Origin: a virus
Length of the DNA stretch: 42,729 bases
IMG/VR virus record: IMGVR_UViG_3300002481_000002
Strand: one strand, 5' to 3'
Shown here: piece after piece, positions 26,220-36,902 of the stretch
Position numbering within the stretch: position 1 is the stretch's first letter
Layout of the letters: the number at the start of each line of letters is the position of its first letter
The notes under the pieces: generated by a model
What the model was told of the DNA's origin: nothing
The model's database searches: none
What the model saw: only the letters and a program-made list of their open reading frames with translations
Position numbers and translations under genes: made by a program

Positions 26220-28564
26220 GCGGCGAAGAGAAAAGTGTAAAGGAAAGAGTGTTAGAAGTGTTTAGAAAAGAACCAGAGAAGTTTGTGAGGTTATTGTGTG
26301 GTATTGAGTTGGCAAAGTACCAGCGGGATATTTTATTAGATGAGAGTAAAAGGATTATATTGAATAGTGGAAGGCAAGTGGGTAAGAGTACAATTGTGTC
26401 GTTGAAGGCATTATGGAGAGCGTTTTGTCATCCAAGGCAAGAGATATTAGTGCTTGGACCAACTGAGCGACAGGCAAAGATTGTATTTGATAAGATTTAT
26501 GAGACTATTTATTTGAATGAGATTTTGATGAGCGAGACAGTGAAGTTGACGATTAATGAGATAAGGTTTAAGAATGGTAGTGTGATAAGGTGTTTGCCAG
26601 CTGGTAAGACGGGTGAATATATCAGGGGATTTTGTTATTCGGAAGATACGGAAATCTTAACATTAGATGGTTGGAAGAGGTTTAGGGATTTAGACGAGTG
26701 CAGTGTGGTGATGCAAGTTGCGAAGGACGGTAGTTTTTCATGGACAGATGTACAGAAAATTGTAAAATTGCCAGCAAAAGGTAAGATGATAAGAATAAAG
26801 AACAGACAAATAGATTTATTGGTTAGTTGGGAGCATAGATTACTTGTTAAGGTGAAGTCAGGAAAAAGAATTTTGCGTGAGATGGGATATGATGTTGGTA
26901 ATGATTTTATTGAAATTAGAGCTGGAGATTTAATTGAAATAAAGAAAAAAGGTAAGCATTTTTCTGGGTGGATGATGAAAGGGGCAAGAAGATGGTTAGG
27001 AGAGGAGATAAAAGAAAAGAAGTTTGGAGAATTGATAGTTAATGGAGATGATTGGGTAAGATTTATGGGAATATGGCTTGCTGAAGGAAGTGTGTATAAT
27101 GGATTAAAGAAGGGAAAGTGGCGGCGTGAAAGTAGGTATTATAGAATTACGATATCACAATGTAAGAAGACGAATTATGAAAAATGGAGAAAAATCAAAG
27201 GTCTGTTAGACCGACTTGGTATGAATTATAGCTATAATGAGAAGAACAGACAGTTTCAGTTTTATAATAAAGATTTAGCATTGTATTTAGAGCAGTTTGG
27301 CAAGGCGAGAGCGAAATTTGTTCCTTTTGAGATAAAAAATGCTACTAAGAAGCAACTGCAAATTTTCTTGGATTGGTTTGGAATGGGCGATGGTAGTATC
27401 AGAAATGGGAGGATGAGATATAGGTCATATTCAAAACAGCTCATGGATGATATACAAGAAATGATGGCAAAGTTGGGAAGAAGAGCTAATATTGTCAGTT
27501 ATGATGAAGGTTACGAGATATATGAAAATATAGATGAAAAAGGAAAGTATAGAGTGGATGCAATGTTTGAGATAAAGGATGTAGAAGAAGAAGAGTATAA
27601 TGGTTATATTTATTCTGTGAAAGTGCCAACGACATGGGTGGTGGTAAGAAGAAATGGAAAAGTAGTAGTTAGTGGAAACACTGCCGACATGGTTATAGTG
27701 GATGAGGCAGCGTATGTGCCGGATGAAGTGTATGTGGCAATATTTCCAGCGTTGGCTGTGAAGGATGGGCAGTTAATTTTGATGAGTACACCGAAGGGGA
27801 AGGAGGGGTTTTTCTATAAAGCATGGGAGAGTAAGGAATGGAGTAAGTATAGAGTGCCGACGATAGAGAGTCCTTTTGTGCCAGATGGATTTATTGAGGA
27901 GTATAAGATGACGCATACAGAAGTGGATTTCAGACGGGAGATATTCGCAGAATTTATTGATTATAGTGAGATGTGGTTTGATTTGGAGAGAGTGAAAGAG
28001 CTTGCGAAGTTGAGTAGAAAGAAAGAGCCATTGGATGAGTATGAATATTACTTTGGAGTGGATATAGCGGCTTCAGGGACAAGTGAGACTGTAGTGTGTG
28101 TGGTTGGAAAACATAAGTATGACGAGAATATGCCGCTGGAGGTGCATAATTATTGGTATAGGAGTAAGTTTGCAATAACAGAGACAGTTGGATGGATAAA
28201 GAATTTGAATGCGCAATGGCAGCCAGAGCAGATAATAGTAGACCAGACTGGGTTAGGTATTGGTGCAAAACAATTGTTAAATGAGAAGTTGGATAATGTG
28301 CAGGGGATAACATTTTCGAGTAAAATGAGATATGAGCTTTATTACAATATGAAGAAGTTGTTAGAGGATAGGAAGGTGATTTTATTAGATGATGAAAAGA
28401 TGGTGAGGCAGTTTGACAAGTATACAACGAGTTATAGGAGTGATGGGACAGTTATGATAAAGAAGGCAGAGGGAAGTGATGTAGTCGATGCATTGTGTTT
28501 GGCATGTTGGGGGGCAAAGAAATATACTGGAGCGGTGGTAAGTGTGTTGGATATAGAGGTGTGA
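26216..28564 (+). CDS. terL: Terminase large subunit interrupted by an intein
   Basis: Walker A SGRQVGKS, Walker B VIVDEAA, STPKG coupling motif; RNase-H nuclease GVDIA, VDQTGLG and DVVDAL. Confidence 0.93.
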   Translation: MSGEEKSVKERVLEVFRKEPEKFVRLLCGIELAKYQRDILLDESKRIILNSGRQVGKSTIVSLKALWRAFCHPRQEILVLGPTERQAKIVFDKIYETIYLNEILMSETVKLTINEIRFKNGSVIRCLPAGKTGEYIRGFCYSEDTEILTLDGWKRFRDLDECSVVMQVAKDGSFSWTDVQKIVKLPAKGKMIRIKNRQIDLLVSWEHRLLVKVKSGKRILREMGYDVGNDFIEIRAGDLIEIKKKGKHFSGWMMKGARRWLGEEIKEKKFGELIVNGDDWVRFMGIWLAEGSVYNGLKKGKWRRESRYYRITISQCKKTNYEKWRKIKGLLDRLGMNYSYNEKNRQFQFYNKDLALYLEQFGKARAKFVPFEIKNATKKQLQIFLDWFGMGDGSIRNGRMRYRSYSKQLMDDIQEMMAKLGRRANIVSYDEGYEIYENIDEKGKYRVDAMFEIKDVEEEEYNGYIYSVKVPTTWVVVRRNGKVVVSGNTADMVIVDEAAYVPDEVYVAIFPALAVKDGQLILMSTPKGKEGFFYKAWESKEWSKYRVPTIESPFVPDGFIEEYKMTHTEVDFRREIFAEFIDYSEMWFDLERVKELAKLSRKKEPLDEYEYYFGVDIAASGTSETVVCVVGKHKYDENMPLEVHNYWYRSKFAITETVGWIKNLNAQWQPEQIIVDQTGLGIGAKQLLNEKLDNVQGITFSSKMRYELYYNMKKLLEDRKVILLDDEKMVRQFDKYTTSYRSDGTVMIKKAEGSDVVDALCLACWGAKKYTGAVVSVLDIEV
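26633..27679 (+). mobile_element. Intein with LAGLIDADG endonuclease (349 aa, TerL aa 140-488)
   Basis: Starts CYSEDTEILT; block B VSWEH; blocks C/E GIWLAEG and GMGDG; ends VVRRNGKVVVSGN; +1 residue Thr. Removal restores IRGF-TADMVIVDE. Confidence 0.92.
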
Positions 28565-28567
28565 AAA

Positions 28568-28669
28568 ATGAAGAGAATTTATGACTTATATAGTGATAGG
28601 TTTTGGTTTGAGTGGGATTTGCATAAATTTAGTAAAGAAAAATGGGTAGAATGGGCGGGAGAGTTATGA
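28568..28669 (+). CDS. Trp-rich microprotein (33 aa)
   Basis: GAGGTG RBS; MKRIYDLYSDRFWFEWDLHKFSKEKWVEWAGEL; ATGA-coupled to the next ORF. Confidence 0.45.
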   Translation: MKRIYDLYSDRFWFEWDLHKFSKEKWVEWAGEL

Positions 28670-28824
28670 AAATAGGTATGAAAGTGTTTGATGAGAATCT
28701 AAGAGAAGTAACAAGGTTAGCATTTATTGGATATGATGGGCGAAGTGAGTTTTGGGAAGGGATATGGTTGAATATTTATGTAACAGAGATATTGAGCGAA
28801 GTCAGGAGATTGGAATGGTGGTGA
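28666..28824 (+). CDS. Small hypothetical protein
   Basis: ATGA-coupled. Confidence 0.45.
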   Translation: MKIGMKVFDENLREVTRLAFIGYDGRSEFWEGIWLNIYVTEILSEVRRLEWW

Positions 28825-29098
28825 TGGGCGATGTGGGGAGAGTATTGGATATGGTCAGATAATGGGCGAGTAGGGGAAGTTTTTGGTTTTATAGATTCTA
28901 AGAGTGACGAGGCAAGTTGGTGGAGGGAATGGATAGAGTATTTGGAGTTGTATGGGTATGAAGAATGAGATATATGTGAGTGAGATGTTTAGGAATGGAG
29001 TGATTTGTTGGAGGGCATGCTCATTAGAGGAAGGAGTTACTGATTGGAAGGAGTATGCAAAAGGTTTATTGGAGGTAGAGTAGAATGGAGTGGTGGGT

Positions 29099-29386
29099 AT
29101 GACAAGAAAGTCGAAGTTGAGTTTTACTTTGGGAAAGGATATAGAAGATTTGTTAGCTGAATTAGAGTTTGTATGGGAGCATGAGATTGGGAAGAAGAAA
29201 TCAAGAAGTCAGATATTAGAGGAGATTGTGAGGAGAGGGATAAATAGTTATTTAGAGTATGTTGAGAGAGAGAAGAGAAAGTTACAGCCAAAGGTCAAGA
29301 AGAGAAATAGAGGCAATGAGGCAATGCGGCGAATTTTATTTGGAGAATGGGAGAGTGGAATGTTTAGACCATTAAGGTGGGAGTGA
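29099..29386 (+). CDS. Ribbon-helix-helix DNA-binding protein
   Basis: KSKLSFTL strand followed by two helices (SRSQILEEIVRRGI). Confidence 0.65.
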   Translation: MTRKSKLSFTLGKDIEDLLAELEFVWEHEIGKKKSRSQILEEIVRRGINSYLEYVEREKRKLQPKVKKRNRGNEAMRRILFGEWESGMFRPLRWE

Positions 29387-29599
29387 TGAGAGCAGAGTTA
29401 AGAATATATAGAGAAGGAAGTAGAGATAAGTTAAGAATTAGGTGGATATCATATAGGCATATGGGAGGGTGGATAAAGTGATAGTTATTGACTCGTACTA
29501 CATTACTTGGTGGATATTTGGGTTGTTTGTGGCAGGGCTTTTATGGGTAGTTAAGAAAATTATGGAAATGAGAAGAGGTGCTGATAGAGGTGATAGGAC

Positions 29600-29968
29600 A
29601 TGGCGAATTTAATAGATATGGATAGTTGGAAAAAGTTACTGAAGATGAAAGGATACAATTGGTATAAGAGGCAGTTAGATACTTACAAGATGGAAGGGAT
29701 GTGTATGTTATGTGGGAGATATGAGCAAGTGTGGCCGTTGAGTGGAGTGATTAGAGTATGTGATAAGTGTGCGAGTAAGGGCATTAATGCAAATGCGTAT
29801 ATGAAGTATAGGAGACCAGTGAACTTGTGGGGAGAGAAGTGTCAAGTGTGCGGAAGGATGACTTTTAGACCATATGTGATTTATGATGGGCGAGTGTGTA
29901 TTAAATGTACTTGGCATAAGCTTGGACATCAGAGAAAGGTGTTGAAGGTTGACGGGGAGAGGGTGTGA
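29600..29968 (+). CDS. Multi-Zn-finger protein
   Basis: CMLC, CDKC, CQVC and CIKC pairs. Confidence 0.65.
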   Translation: MANLIDMDSWKKLLKMKGYNWYKRQLDTYKMEGMCMLCGRYEQVWPLSGVIRVCDKCASKGINANAYMKYRRPVNLWGEKCQVCGRMTFRPYVIYDGRVCIKCTWHKLGHQRKVLKVDGERV

Positions 29969-30979
29969 TGAAAGTAAAGTGTAGTATGAGAGTATGTGAT
30001 GGCGGGAAGGTGTATGATGACATGGCGGGAGATGTTTTTATTTTAACATATGGAGAGGTGGGAGAATATATGGCGTGGAGAGTGCATAATTTTGAGAGTG
30101 ATGGTAGGGCAATGTGGCGGGAGGTATATATTAACAGTGACAAGGGTGAGAGTAAAGAGTGTATGGTAAGAGAGGTGAGAGTATGGGAAGGTTAAAGAAA
30201 TTAGTGAAGGTAGTAGGTATGATAAGTGCAGTATGGGTTGGAGGATTGATAGGTGTAGTTATAGGTGGGATACTATTGGGACTGTTAGTGTTGATGGTTG
30301 GTGTTTATTGGATAGGAAGGGAGTTGAGTAGGTAGAGCTTATGAAGAGTGATATTGAGATATGGGCAGTGGAAGATGGCGAATGGATTGAAGTGTTCGGC
30401 GAGGTATTGACTGACAAGGATGCAATTTTATTAGGTGGATGGACTTGTAGGTATGTGGGAGAGTGTGTGGCTTTGTCGTGTGGAGAGTGTATTAAGAAGT
30501 ATGGCGAGGATGATGTGAAGTGGAGGTAAGTGATATGAGGGCAGTCTACAAAGTGTTTTATTTAGGCATTAAATTTTTTGTTTGGGATGGGTTGTATAAT
30601 GACAAGTGTCTTTTTATCGATTGCAATGAGTGCAGTGTATCTGATAGGTGCGAGACTGGTATGGAATTAGTGGGGTAATGGTTATGGAGTGTAAGGATAG
30701 GTGTGTTAAATAGCGTGTGGGCAAAGGTGATGTGGGGAGGTATATAGTTATATGTGTTTGAGTCAAATCTCTTACGAGACGAAATTTACATGCAAGGTGA
30801 ATAAAAATGATATTGATAAGATTGTGCATGTTATGGGTGTGATAGAGGATGGATATAATAAGAGTAGTTTATGGTGAATGTGTAGAGTGTGGGCGGATAG
30901 TAGGGAGTAGTGCAACGAGGTATGAGGACATGGCGGAGGAGATTTTATCAATGGTTAGGAGATGGGCAATGGTGAGAGG
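29965..30979 (+). other. Run of coupled micro-ORFs (e.g. 29965..30195, 30341..30529), many Cys-rich
   Basis: Successive short + strand ORFs with RBSs and overlapping stop/start codons. Confidence 0.5.
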
Positions 30980-31029
30980 ACTAAAGTGACCCACAACATA
31001 GAGAGAGTAGGTATAGGTGGGAGGGTACT

Positions 31030-31144
31030 CTAAAAATACATTAGTTAAGTTTAAAAGACTATATAATTATAAGAGTTAAGAAATAAAAAAGTATTAAATA
31101 CAGTGAGTGACAAAAATAGTACTGAAGTAAAGGAGGTGAATACA
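31030..31144 (+). promoter_or_regulatory. AT-rich non-coding region with TATA-like boxes
   Basis: TTTAAAA (31050) and TATATAA (31060) upstream of a GGAGGTGA RBS and the ATG at 31145. Confidence 0.45.
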
Positions 31145-33969
31145 ATGCAGAGTAGAAAGGAGAGATATGAGATAAGAGAATATGAGTATGGTAAGGTGCT
31201 GGTAAGGAATGGTATACATGTTCTTTTTGATGAGATAAAGGAGGACGAGTATTCGTGGATTTTCTACAAAGGTAATGAGATGATAGCGGTCTTATCGAAA
31301 TTAAGTTGTAGATTGGTTGAGAGGTTGGAAAGATGAAGAAGTGGAGGTGTAGTGATGTTTGCGAAAATAAAGGTGTATGGTAAGTTTTGGGATGTCGGGG
31401 CAAAGGAAGTTCTTTATCATTGTTATGGCGGCAAGTGGTATGAGAATTGGGAGTGGGATGCTATAGTATGGAGGGTGGACGATGTTGATAGGTGTGTACG
31501 AAGAGTATGAAGTGATAAATGGCGTTGTATGGATAACTGGGAGGTTTAGTAGTTACAGATTTTATGGTAATGGTATGAGTAGAATAAAAGGTTTAATTAA
31601 ATTGAATTATAGAGAATTATTAGAGCTTTTAAAGTGGTGAGGGAAATGTATATGTTTGTGCAATTGAGTTTGGATAGAGAGGTTGAAGAGAAAGTTAGAA
31701 AAGAGATTGAGAACTGGGTGTGGGAAATAGTAATGGATTATATGAGATTCGATACGAATGAAATGCGTTGGAAAATGACATATGAAGCGATAAATGAAGT
31801 ATTGGCATTAAAGCATCGACAATATTTACTAATGAAATGGTGAGAAGAGATGAGAGTTGGGATTGTAGTGTTGGCGAGTGATAGAGAATGTGTTGATATG
31901 TTGGGGAGGTGGTGGGATTTTATTGGAATGGGATGGCAGACTTGGAGACTTCAGAATGTCAAGAGTTACAAGGAGTTGGTGGGCGAATTGGTTAACACTT
32001 ATCTTTTAATAGAGAGAGTTTATGAGCTGGAGGAAGAGAGAAAAAGAATTGAAGAGAAGATGAAAGTATTAGAGAGGTGGAAGTGAGAGGGAGGTGGATG
32101 ATGTATATGGAGTTGGATGTGTGGGGCGAGTGTAATGATATTATATCTTTAATAGGTTTTTGTCTTAACAGATATAGTGAGTTGGTTAATGATTTGGTGA
32201 GTGTGATGAGAAATGTTAAGTATGACGAGAGTGGGCGGTGTATGTGGGTGAGGATATGAAAGAGGTTATTTATATTTTTACTAAATGTGGAAGGTGCGGT
32301 AAGTTGATAGTGAAAAAGGTTTATGATTTTAGTAGTGAAGAGTTACGGGCGATGGCAAGAGTTTTTAAAAGAGTAGAGAGTAAGTGTCAGAGAGAAATTG
32401 GAGTGGTTTGGAAGGTGGTGTGAGATGAAAGTAATGGATGTATTGAGTGTTTACGGAACTATTTGACATATGGTGCAGTACAAAACCAAAAGATTTATAT
32501 ACCATGAGTGTCATACAATATATTAGAGAAAAAGTAAGGAGGCGAACAAAAATGGAGGAGATAAGAAAAGTGAGATGGGATGGGGATGGTGCGGTAGTAT
32601 ATAATTGTTTTATACCAGATTATACTTGGCATCCAAAGTTAGAAGTTTGGTTGAAAGAGAAGGTAGAGATAAGTTGTGCAGCGTGTTTGAGAAGGGGTAA
32701 GTGTCCAGTAATAGGAAAGTAAGGAGGTAAGTAAAATGATAACATGTAAGGAATGTAACGGGGCGGTTGAAGTGGTTGATGTAGTAGAGGGCAAGAGGAT
32801 TTATGAGAAGTATAAATGTGCGGAGTGCGGATATGAGTTTTACGAGATTTATAAAGGAGGTAGTGGAAATGTATGGAAGTGAAGTTTGGCTGAAAAGTAT
32901 TGTGGTTGAGAAGTGTAAAGGAGATTGTGAACAATGTGTAGTGTGTATACCAAATATATTGTAATGGAGGAATGTGTGATGAAAATTGAAGTCGGGAGTG
33001 AGGGTGTTAGGATTTGGAAGGTTAGAGGTGGTAGGATACAAGAGATATCGATAGCGTACAATGCTAACAGAGCAATGATATACAAAGATGGTCTTGAGAT
33101 AGGTTTACTTACCAGCGGAGAGTTCTATACAGACGATGAGTTTAGGATTGATTACAATGGATTGAAGGAAGGGTTGGTTAGAATTTACATTTCGTAATTT
33201 ATTTTATAAAGGAGGTGGAGAGGTATGATGTGGGTAGAGATAAGATATAGAGATGGTAGGAAGGAAATGTTGTATGGTTGTGGTTTGAGTGTTAGAGGTG
33301 GTGAGTGATGAAGAGAATAGTAGTTGAGCCAGATTCAGATGGAGTAATTGGATATGTGAGTGGCACATATTATCTTGAGCATGGCGAGGTTGAGATTGAA
33401 GAATTTCCAGTACACAAGTGTGATGTAAGTGGCGAGGAGATGTGGGCGTATGAATGTGGGTGGTGTGGTAATGAGTTTGTGAGCAAGGAGAGTGCAGAGT
33501 ATTGTCCGGCGTGTGGTGGAAAGGGTATTGTTCTGTTGGGATAGGAGGTGATAGAGAATGGTAAGACTAAGAGTCAGTTGCGGAAAAACTTTCGGATTCA
33601 TTGGAGAGTATGAAGACTGGGAAGATGGAAGTATAACGCACCCTTGTATAATCTGCGGGGAGTGTGGGGAGGAGTTAAAAGAGGTTGTAGAAATTAATTG
33701 ATTTTTTTATTTTAATGAATGGTTGGTGATAGTGAATGAAAATAATATGTCCAAGGTGCAGAGAAGAAGGGAGTTTAAATTGGTCAAGTAGAAAGCACAG
33801 GCGGATAGTGATAGTACACAAGAACGGATATGGATACAGAAAATGCCACTTTGGTTATACTAATTTAGAATGGAGTGAGTTGTATAGGATGTTGCGAGAA
33901 GAGGAGGAGAGGAGAAAGGGAGAGCAAAGTAAATTATTTGAATTATTAGAGGTGATTGAGAAATGTTAA
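31145..33969 (+). other. Array of small hypothetical ORFs (31145..31336, 31634..31843, 31850..32086, 32077..32259, 32238..32423, 32447..32722, 32934..33197, 33305..33544, 33736..33969), several with CxxC Zn ribbons
   Basis: ORF track plus RBSs; CGRC, CAAC, CGWC..CPAC and CPRC..H..C motifs. Confidence 0.55.
33702..33713 (+). terminator. Oligo-T terminator candidate
   Basis: TTTTTTTATTTT just after a stop codon. Confidence 0.5.
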
Positions 33970-34119
33970 GTGTAGGGGGTGATGTGGAATGAGTGAGAAG
34001 AAAGGAAGGAAGGCGGAGAGTGTAAGTGTGGATGTGAGTGGGATAGTTGAAGAGTTGAGAAAGTTGAGAGAGGTTATAGAGAAGATAACGACGATGATGG
34101 AGAAGCAGATGTAAACCAA

Positions 34120-34132
34120 AACATTTATATAC
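34120..34132 (+). promoter_or_regulatory. Archaeal promoter (TATA box TTTATATA), copy 2
   Basis: AACATTTATATAC, identical to 11485..11497; ATG 31 nt after the TATA start with no RBS, so likely leaderless. Confidence 0.7.
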
Positions 34133-34154
34133 AACAAATGACAAATAATAATTA

Positions 34155-34436
34155 ATGAAGGAGGCGAGAAAAATGAGAGATTGGAAGGAGTTCAAGGAAC
34201 ATTATCCAGATGTAAGAGAAGAGGATTTAGAAGTTCTTGACAGAATCGAGTTCTTGATAAACAACACACATATATGTGGTAAGTTCGGAAGAAGACTTGA
34301 CATACTTCATTCTTTCAGGGAGCGGATTTGGAGTGGGAGAGGACTAACAACAAAACAGATGAATCTTTTACAAGCATATGAAAAAATGTATAGGAAGTAT
34401 GGGTCAGATTGGATTTTTAAGAAGACAGAGAAGTAG
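34155..34436 (+). CDS. Hypothetical early protein
   Basis: First ORF after the promoter at 34120. Confidence 0.6.
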   Translation: MKEARKMRDWKEFKEHYPDVREEDLEVLDRIEFLINNTHICGKFGRRLDILHSFRERIWSGRGLTTKQMNLLQAYEKMYRKYGSDWIFKKTEK

Positions 34437-34580
34437 GAGTTGTGGACAAATGAGGAAGGTAATGTATTGGAAGGATGTGGAAATTAGGTTTGGAGATGAG
34501 GTAATTGTTGGTTTTGTGCCAAGAGTGTTAGGCAATGAGGAGATGGTCAAATTAAATGAATGTGTAGAGGAGGTGAGAGA

Positions 34581-35705
34581 GTGGAAGTGAGAATTGAGGA
34601 GGCGGGAAGGATTATAAAGAGGTTGTATGAGTTAGGAGATAGAACGACAACTTTATTGTTAGGAGGGACAGGGATAGGTAAGAGTGAGATAGTGAAGCAA
34701 GTGGCGAGAGAGTTGGCAAGTGAGATAGGGAAAGAGTTTGTAGATTACCACGATGATATAGCAAATGAAATACTGAGTGAGCCGGACAAGTATTTTGTGT
34801 TTGTGGATTTAAGACTGACGGAAGTTGAGCCAAGTGATTTAATTGGAGTACCAAGAGATGATGATGGGAGTGTTAGATTCAAACCACTACTATGGGGCAA
34901 AGTGTTGAGCAAGTGCGCAGGGATACTATTTCTTGATGAGATTACAAATGTACAGAGGTTGGATGTGCAGAGTGCGATGTACAAGTTGCTTTTGGATAGG
35001 AAGGTTGGATTTATTAAAATGCATGAGGATGTGTTTGTGATAGCGGCAGGGAATAGACCAGAGGATTCGAGTTTAGCAGTTGAACTACCAACACCAGCAA
35101 TTGGGCGAGTGAGGATTTTGAGATGTAAAGTGCCAAGTTTGGAGATGTGGAGTGAGTATATGGATGAGACATATGGCGACAAGTGGGATAGAAGAGTGAT
35201 TGCGTTTTTAGCAAAGAACAGAGAGTTGTTTTATAGTCCACCGGAAGAGGGCGAGACTTTAGAGGCGTTTGCTGTACCGAGGACATGGACAGCATTGGCA
35301 AAAGTGAGTCACGAATTGAGCGGGAGTGAGCTTGAGGCAGTTGCATACGGAACTGTTGGAGGGAGAGCAGCAAGTCACTTTTTGGCATTTGTTAATATGA
35401 ACTTACCAGATGTAAATGTGCTTTTGAGTAATCCAGCCATATGGGAGAGGTTTGACACGAATGCGAAGTATTTCATGAGTTTGCAAGTGACGAGTAAATT
35501 GGCGGAGGACATTGATAATGGAGAGGGGTTGAAGAATGTGAGAAAGTTCTTTGATTATTTACTGAGCAATGATAGAGAGTTCTTAGTGTTGATAAACATG
35601 TTCATGAAGAAAGCATACAAGGTAAAATTGGTTCGATTGTATAAGCAAGAGGGGCAAGAGTACAAAGAGTTTCTGAAGAGTTTGTATAAGAGGTGTTTGG
35701 CGTGA
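34581..35705 (+). CDS. MoxR-like AAA+ ATPase
   Basis: Walker A GGTGIGKS, DLRL, Walker B LFLDEI, AAGNRPED and PRTW motifs. Confidence 0.9.
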   Translation: MEVRIEEAGRIIKRLYELGDRTTTLLLGGTGIGKSEIVKQVARELASEIGKEFVDYHDDIANEILSEPDKYFVFVDLRLTEVEPSDLIGVPRDDDGSVRFKPLLWGKVLSKCAGILFLDEITNVQRLDVQSAMYKLLLDRKVGFIKMHEDVFVIAAGNRPEDSSLAVELPTPAIGRVRILRCKVPSLEMWSEYMDETYGDKWDRRVIAFLAKNRELFYSPPEEGETLEAFAVPRTWTALAKVSHELSGSELEAVAYGTVGGRAASHFLAFVNMNLPDVNVLLSNPAIWERFDTNAKYFMSLQVTSKLAEDIDNGEGLKNVRKFFDYLLSNDREFLVLINMFMKKAYKVKLVRLYKQEGQEYKEFLKSLYKRCLA

Positions 35706-36901
35706 GTGAAGAGGCAAGAAAAGTTCAAAGAAGGTTGGATGATATAAGAACAATGCTGGCGCACAAGTCGCCAATCGATTATTTTATTTTGAAAGGGATT
35801 AGTGTGTACTATGACGATAGGTTTGGAGGGACTGGGTACACGGATGGCAGGAGTATTTATCTTGGAAAGATGTGGATGGGACAAGAGGATGTGCAGTGTT
35901 TGGTTACATTAGTACATGAGATTGGGCATGTGAAATTGTTACATCCATTTAGATTAAAACATGAGAGTGATTTGGCAAGGATAAAAGTGTTACAGTTGGC
36001 AATGGACTTAAAGGTCAATTATCATATAAAGCAATTGGGCTTGAGACCAAAAGTTGAGCCAGAGCAGTTTTTTAACAGAGATGATTTAGTGAAGTGTAGT
36101 GCTGAGGAGTTGGCTGATAGGTTAGTGAATGAGGGTAAGGTGCAAATTATATCAGTGCCGTTAGAGGCGGGGATGGATTGTTCAGGTTGTAGTGATAATG
36201 GAGATGGCGACGATAGTAGTAAGAGTTACAATGGGACAATGGTGCAAAAGGGAGAGAAAGATTTACAGACAAGTGATGATGTGAAGGATTTAGTGAAGCA
36301 AAGTTTATTAGCGGCTAAGGTAGCGGGACAGGATTTAGGAGCTTTGGACAAGATGATATTGGATAAATTACTCAAGAGCAAGGTGGATTGGAGAGCAGTA
36401 TTAAGAAGAATGTTACATAATTATTTAGCAAAGAATGCGATAGGGACTTGGAGAAAGTTGAATAGAAAGATGAGAGATTTTCCAGGGAGGGAGATGATAA
36501 GCAAACCAAGGGTTTGGGTGTTCGTGGATGTGAGTGGGAGTATAAGTGAAAGGGAGTTTGAACAATTTATTAGTGAGATAGTGAGGATAATGGACTTTGT
36601 CGAAGAGGTGAGAGTGATAACTTGGAATGTTGGTGTGTGCGAGGATAGAGTGATTAAGAAGAAAAGTGATGTGTTAGTGAATTGGGAGAAGGGTGGAGGG
36701 ACGATGTTTAAACCAGTATGGGATGAGTACAAGAACAAGATGAAGAGGCAGGATTTAATGGTAGTGCTTACTGACGGCGAGTGGTTTGATGATGAAGGAT
36801 TTATGGTGAAAGGTGGGGCGGGAAGAAAAATAATGGTAACGACGCATAGGGGGAGGGAAGGATTTGAAGTGATTAAGATTGAAGGAGATGAGAGGTGGTA
36901 A
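35702..36901 (+). CDS. Metallopeptidase-VWA (DUF2201-like) protein
   Basis: TDG, HEIGH (HExxH), MIDAS DVSGS, GGGT and LTDG motifs. Confidence 0.88.
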   Translation: MSEEARKVQRRLDDIRTMLAHKSPIDYFILKGISVYYDDRFGGTGYTDGRSIYLGKMWMGQEDVQCLVTLVHEIGHVKLLHPFRLKHESDLARIKVLQLAMDLKVNYHIKQLGLRPKVEPEQFFNRDDLVKCSAEELADRLVNEGKVQIISVPLEAGMDCSGCSDNGDGDDSSKSYNGTMVQKGEKDLQTSDDVKDLVKQSLLAAKVAGQDLGALDKMILDKLLKSKVDWRAVLRRMLHNYLAKNAIGTWRKLNRKMRDFPGREMISKPRVWVFVDVSGSISEREFEQFISEIVRIMDFVEEVRVITWNVGVCEDRVIKKKSDVLVNWEKGGGTMFKPVWDEYKNKMKRQDLMVVLTDGEWFDDEGFMVKGGAGRKIMVTTHRGREGFEVIKIEGDERW

Positions 36902-36902
36902 T

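Noticed and set aside
28560-34150. tRNA or other structured ncRNA genes in the apparent gaps
   Set aside because: The gaps resolve into micro-ORFs, and the C-poor sequence gives no cloverleaf or T-loop (GTTCGA-type) signature in a tRNA context.
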